Positions 60,069-64,000 of a stretch of DNA of 64,000 nucleotides are shown here, in pieces; the first letter of the stretch is position 1, and every line of letters begins with the position of its first letter. The position numbers and the translations under genes were made by a program. The notes below the pieces were generated by a model. That model ran no database searches. It was not told the origin of the DNA and saw nothing but the letters and a program-made list of their open reading frames with translations. This stretch comes from an uncultured Gammaproteobacteria bacterium. Lineage in GTDB: Bacteria; Patescibacteriota; Patescibacteriia; UBA1558; GWA2-36-10. The stretch is taken from assembly GCA_964515785.1 (NCBI GenBank), contig CAZEWH010000002.1, forward strand, positions 94,182-158,181, in the 5' to 3' direction.

Positions 60069-61204
60069 TTGATTGTTTGATTAGCAATATTTATCATTTC
60101 CATATTTGGCATAGCCAAAATTTTACATTTTTTTGGTAAATTTATACCTTGGGTTATCAATTTTCTGGTAACTGCACTATGAGTACCAATTGCACCAGTA
60201 AAAACTACAGCATCTAAAGATTGACTCATACCAGCAAAACTAGCTAAATATCTTTTGGCATCATAGATAAAGATTTTTAGAGCTAGACGAGCGGCTTGTT
60301 TTTGTTTGACTGTCCATTTTCTTTTGACTTTATAACCTTTTACTTTATAGCCATTGGCTGTCAACAAATCTCGGAAATCACTATAACCCATTAGACCAAA
60401 GATACCAGATTTTTTGTTTAATAATTCACTAATCTTATCAGGAGACATTTTTAGTTCACTAGCTAAAAATAGAACTACAGCAGCTGAAATATCACCACTC
60501 CTAGTACCCATAGTAAGACCCTCATTGGGACCAAAACCCATAGTAGTATCAATAACCTTACCTTTATCAAACCAAGTAATACTAGCCCCAGCTCCCAAAT
60601 GACAAGAAATAACACTAGTCTTTGATAATGGTTTTTTCTTTTTGTCAGCTACAAACTTGACTGCCATCTCATGACTCAAGCCATGAAAACCATATTTGCG
60701 TATCTTATATTGTTTATAAAACTTTGGTGGGATAGAATAAAAATATTGTTCTGGCTTCATGTCTTTATAAAAAGCAGTATCAAAACTAGCTGACATTTTT
60801 ACTCTAGGCATACTTTGCCGCACAGTTTTGATGAGTTCTAGAGCATAAGGATTGTGTAATGGTGCTAATTTGTTATAAGGCGTTAATTTTTTCAAAAACC
60901 GTTGATTTATTTTGCTTGTTTCCACAAAATTTTCACCACCATGAACCACTCGAAAGCCAATATAATTTATATCAAAATCTTTTAATAAACTATTTATAAA
61001 TTTCCAGGCAGTTTTAACAGAATAATTATTAGAATAATTTATTTGCTGTTTCTTATTTTTTAATTTATAAGACAGGACAGTTTGATTGCCTTGTTTATCT
61101 ACAGTGCCGTCCAAAATCTGTTTATTTATCTGGTTTTTATCAACTTGATAAACTGCAAATTTGACGCTACTACTACCACTATTTAAAACTAAAACATTTT
61201 TCAT
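60056..61204 (-). CDS. ackA: Acetate/propionate kinase (divergent)
   Basis: LVLNSGSSSVK, RVVHGG, APLHNP, YGFHGLSH, GTRSGD. Confidence 0.92.
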   Translation of the reverse strand: MKNVLVLNSGSSSVKFAVYQVDKNQINKQILDGTVDKQGNQTVLSYKLKNKKQQINYSNNYSVKTAWKFINSLLKDFDINYIGFRVVHGGENFVETSKINQRFLKKLTPYNKLAPLHNPYALELIKTVRQSMPRVKMSASFDTAFYKDMKPEQYFYSIPPKFYKQYKIRKYGFHGLSHEMAVKFVADKKKKPLSKTSVISCHLGAGASITWFDKGKVIDTTMGFGPNEGLTMGTRSGDISAAVVLFLASELKMSPDKISELLNKKSGIFGLMGYSDFRDLLTANGYKVKGYKVKRKWTVKQKQAARLALKIFIYDAKRYLASFAGMSQSLDAVVFTGAIGTHSAVTRKLITQGINLPKKCKILAMPNMEMINIANQTIKCLT

Positions 61205-61767
61205 ATATCTAAATATATTTTTGAACAAGACAATAAGCCAGCGGCATTGGCATCATCGGTATCTATATGAATAGTCGTTCTATAATCCCCTACTCGCACA
61301 ATAATATTTTTAAAAACCAAAGCTTTAGGACCGCCAACTTTAGCAGAAACTGATTTTTTGTTTTTAAGTTTCCAGAGTTTGGCTTGTTCATGTGAAATAT
61401 GTAAGTGCCTCAATGGCACTATAACACCTTTTTTGATAATAACATTACCTTTAGGGCCTTTTAGTTTAATACCAGGGGTCTTTTTGTGGTCACCTGAAAG
61501 TCGCCAAACTGGGTTAATACCAACTTGTCTGCAATCTGAAGCAGATAATTCTACTTGAGTTTTTTTTCTAGTTGGGCCGATTATTCTTACCTTTTCAAAT
61601 TTGCCTTTAGGGCCAACAACCTGGACAGTTTCTTTGGCTGCAAACTCACCTGGCTGAGATAAATCTTTTAATTTTTTTAATTTATAATCTTTACCAAAAA
61701 GCTTAACTAAATCTTGAGAACTTAGATGAAGATGACGGGCTGAAATTTCTGCAATTACTTTTTTCAT
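61201..61767 (-). CDS. pduL: PduL-family phosphate acyltransferase
   Basis: SARHLHLS, LSQPGEFA, RHLH, HIDTDDANA. Confidence 0.93.
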   Translation of the reverse strand: MKKVIAEISARHLHLSSQDLVKLFGKDYKLKKLKDLSQPGEFAAKETVQVVGPKGKFEKVRIIGPTRKKTQVELSASDCRQVGINPVWRLSGDHKKTPGIKLKGPKGNVIIKKGVIVPLRHLHISHEQAKLWKLKNKKSVSAKVGGPKALVFKNIIVRVGDYRTTIHIDTDDANAAGLLSCSKIYLDI

Positions 61768-62756
61768 AATTTATATTTTTTCAAATCACTTGTTTTGAGC
61801 AAACCAACTTGTGCTCCAATTTTTTTTATAACATGAGCACTATTTACAATAGCTAATTTCAAAGCTTTGTCTATATTCCAATCATATTTGATCAAACCAG
61901 CTACTAGAGCAGAACCAAAACTATCACCAGCTCCAGTGGTATTGATACCTACGCCGCCTATAGCTTTGTGTGAATATATTTTTTTACCATCATAGACATG
62001 AGCTCCTTTGCGACCATCAGTCACTACAGTGACTTGCTGACCAGCTTTGTGCAAATTTCTTAAAATAAAATTAATATTATTTTTATTTTGGATTTTTTTG
62101 TCACTAACTAATAATTCTAAAGCTTCATCCCTATTGACTATAAATACACAAGTCTTGGCCATAAATTTTTTGAGTTTTGGTAAACCCATTTTAAGTTGAT
62201 TGGAGCCTGGATTCCAAGCAATTTGCTGATTTTTTTTATAACAACCATCAAATAAAACTTTCATCTTAGTGCCAAAATTTGCTGGCAAAGAACTAATATA
62301 AACCCATGGAGTATTTATTTTGCGTAAAACACTAGAGTTTAAGTCAATATCATTATTAGCTCCCCGATAAGCAAAAATAACGTGTTCATTTAATTGACCA
62401 ACATTGGCTATAAAAGAAGTACCAGTTTGTTTTTTAGAGTGTTCTTGAATAGCACCAGTATCAATATTTTTCTTTTTAAGATATTGTAAAATTTCTTGGG
62501 CTACCAAATCATCTCCTAATGACAAAATAGTTTTAGTTTTTATACCTAAGTTGGCTAAGCTAACTGCTGTATTGGCTCCGCCGCCGCCCCAAGTAAAATA
62601 AACTTTGTCACTATAAATCTTGGCACCCCACTCAAAAGCAATTAATTTTTGACGTAATAAATCTTTTTTATTATCTATAAGCAACATATCATCAGTATAA
62701 AACATGATATCGCGAGTTACTCCACCAATAGTTGTAATTTTGTTTTTCCTCCTCAT
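61764..62756 (-). CDS. PfkB-family carbohydrate kinase
   Basis: GGGGANTA, NTTGAGDSF. Confidence 0.93.
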   Translation of the reverse strand: MRRKNKITTIGGVTRDIMFYTDDMLLIDNKKDLLRQKLIAFEWGAKIYSDKVYFTWGGGGANTAVSLANLGIKTKTILSLGDDLVAQEILQYLKKKNIDTGAIQEHSKKQTGTSFIANVGQLNEHVIFAYRGANNDIDLNSSVLRKINTPWVYISSLPANFGTKMKVLFDGCYKKNQQIAWNPGSNQLKMGLPKLKKFMAKTCVFIVNRDEALELLVSDKKIQNKNNINFILRNLHKAGQQVTVVTDGRKGAHVYDGKKIYSHKAIGGVGINTTGAGDSFGSALVAGLIKYDWNIDKALKLAIVNSAHVIKKIGAQVGLLKTSDLKKYKL

Positions 62757-62757
62757 T

Positions 62758-62985
62758 TTAGGTAAAACGATTAAATTCTTTAATCCTGTCTATAATCATC
62801 TTCATGATCCAGAAAAAAGATACAGCCATACCACCTAAAAACAAAGTTCGGTAATTTTGTTCTACTCCCATAGAATCTAATTCGTGTAAAACCGAAATGC
62901 CAACCAGAACACCCAAAACAAATACTGATAAAAATAAAAGCATTACAATCGTGAAAATAATTTCAATTATTTTTCCTAATGACAT
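62758..62985 (-). CDS. Small 2-TM membrane protein
   Basis: Hydrophobic ORF; TATAAT 6 nt upstream of the ATG. Confidence 0.65.
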   Translation of the reverse strand: MSLGKIIEIIFTIVMLLFLSVFVLGVLVGISVLHELDSMGVEQNYRTLFLGGMAVSFFWIMKMIIDRIKEFNRFT

Positions 62986-63006
62986 ATTTTTATTATATCA
63001 AAAATA

Positions 63007-64000
63007 TTACTGTTTGTCGTGATAAACCTCTTCTCGCTTTTCTTTTATAAAACTAAACCAATCTTCTACAGCTGCTACAAACATCTTAAATGGTGCTTCA
63101 ATAATAAAGTCCATAATAAAAGCAAATATATTTAATTTTTTGAATTTGGTAGACAGCCAACGACCCACTGCAATAATTGGTAATGAAAAGAAATGTACAA
63201 AAAATGAAATAAAACCTTCTTTTCGTTTTACGATTATATATTCTTTGGCAGAATTACGAATACGAATGGCAAAAAAACTAACTGCTGTCAAGAAAAATAA
63301 AAATATTGCTCCAGAAATAGTATTAAATTCTAGTTTTTGTAAACCACCGATAATAGCACTAAAAACTACAACATATAAAGCAGTATACATTAAATAATAA
63401 AATATCTGATAGCCAATATTTTTTCTGTATTTAGATTTTAATTTACATAAAATAGAATTGGCTGGTTCATTGTAAATAAGGTTTTTGATATTTTTCAAAA
63501 TTTGAGTAGTATTTTGCTTACTTGGTGGTAATAAAGATAAAGTTACCAAAAACATCAATACTGGTGGAAAGGTGACATTGATTCCTAAATTTATATAATT
63601 GACGTGTCCTAAAATATATAATTCATATGGAAATTCTAATATTATAGCGAATAATACCTTGGTAATAAACAAATAAATAATTGCCCTGACTGAACTTTGT
63701 CTAAGTTTACGTCGAATAATCTTGTATTTTTTACCGATCATTAGTTTAGCTTCAGCCTCCAGTGCATCAGGATCAGTCAAAATATTTTCTAGTCCTTCAC
63801 CCTTATCTAGTATTAATTCATGTAAAATTTTGAAGGTCACTACTGGTTCACGAATAGAATTGTATATTTTCATCTGATAAGGGTGATTGAGCTGGTGTTG
63901 AACTGTGCGATAAATCTCTGGCAAATGGCCAGCTACTATCTTGATCAGTTTTTCATCGGCTTGTAACCATTTATCATAATAAAGATTGAGCAAATGATAA
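63007..64000 (-). CDS. Membrane protein, partial (5' end outside window)
   Basis: Frame open to the window end; several TM helices; DFIIEAPFK motif. Confidence 0.75.
   Translation of the reverse strand, partial: YHLLNLYYDKWLQADEKLIKIVAGHLPEIYRTVQHQLNHPYQMKIYNSIREPVVTFKILHELILDKGEGLENILTDPDALEAEAKLMIGKKYKIIRRKLRQSSVRAIIYLFITKVLFAIILEFPYELYILGHVNYINLGINVTFPPVLMFLVTLSLLPPSKQNTTQILKNIKNLIYNEPANSILCKLKSKYRKNIGYQIFYYLMYTALYVVVFSAIIGGLQKLEFNTISGAIFLFFLTAVSFFAIRIRNSAKEYIIVKRKEGFISFFVHFFSLPIIAVGRWLSTKFKKLNIFAFIMDFIIEAPFKMFVAAVEDWFSFIKEKREEVYHDKQ

Noticed and set aside
1661-63397. Numerous plus-strand ORFs inside minus-strand housekeeping genes (e.g. 14981..15361, 50861..51394)
   Set aside because: Antisense shadows of conserved genes with no RBS or family motifs.
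1-64000. Alternative genetic code (code 25) or CRISPR array
   Set aside because: Long conserved genes translate intact with code 11 and some end in TGA; no repeat-spacer array was seen.

Overview
AT-rich bacterial chromosome segment that looks like Patescibacteria/CPR (Parcubacteria/ABY1-like), judged from gene content, and uses genetic code 11. Nearly all housekeeping genes are on the minus strand: secA, HPF, short AlaRS, cspA, mnmA, archaeal-type AMP phosphorylase, two TraD/TrwB-like ATPase modules, secF, secD with a parvulin insert, ddl, tRNA-Gln, dnaX, lepA, murJ, a GT4 glycosylation cluster, RNase P RNA, two mreB with mreCD-mrdA, greA, proS, rseP, frr, holB, rnhA, recJ and ackA-pduL-pfkB. 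No CRISPR array, integrase, transposase or rRNA was seen. The main unexplained signal is a two-tier gene architecture. Core genes lack Shine-Dalgarno (SD) sites and several look leaderless. About 13 orphan genes, several visibly GC-richer, are instead built as stand-alone units: sigma70 promoter, boxA-like G(T/C)(T/C/A)CTTT leader motif, strong SD and intrinsic terminator. Their cargo includes a lysine-less BCCP mimic and small Zn-finger proteins. Also present are an unidentified ~165-nt promoter/terminator-bounded RNA, a duplicated tRNA 3' end, REP-like palindromes and several small genes missed by the ORF track. All calls are by eye; no searches were run.
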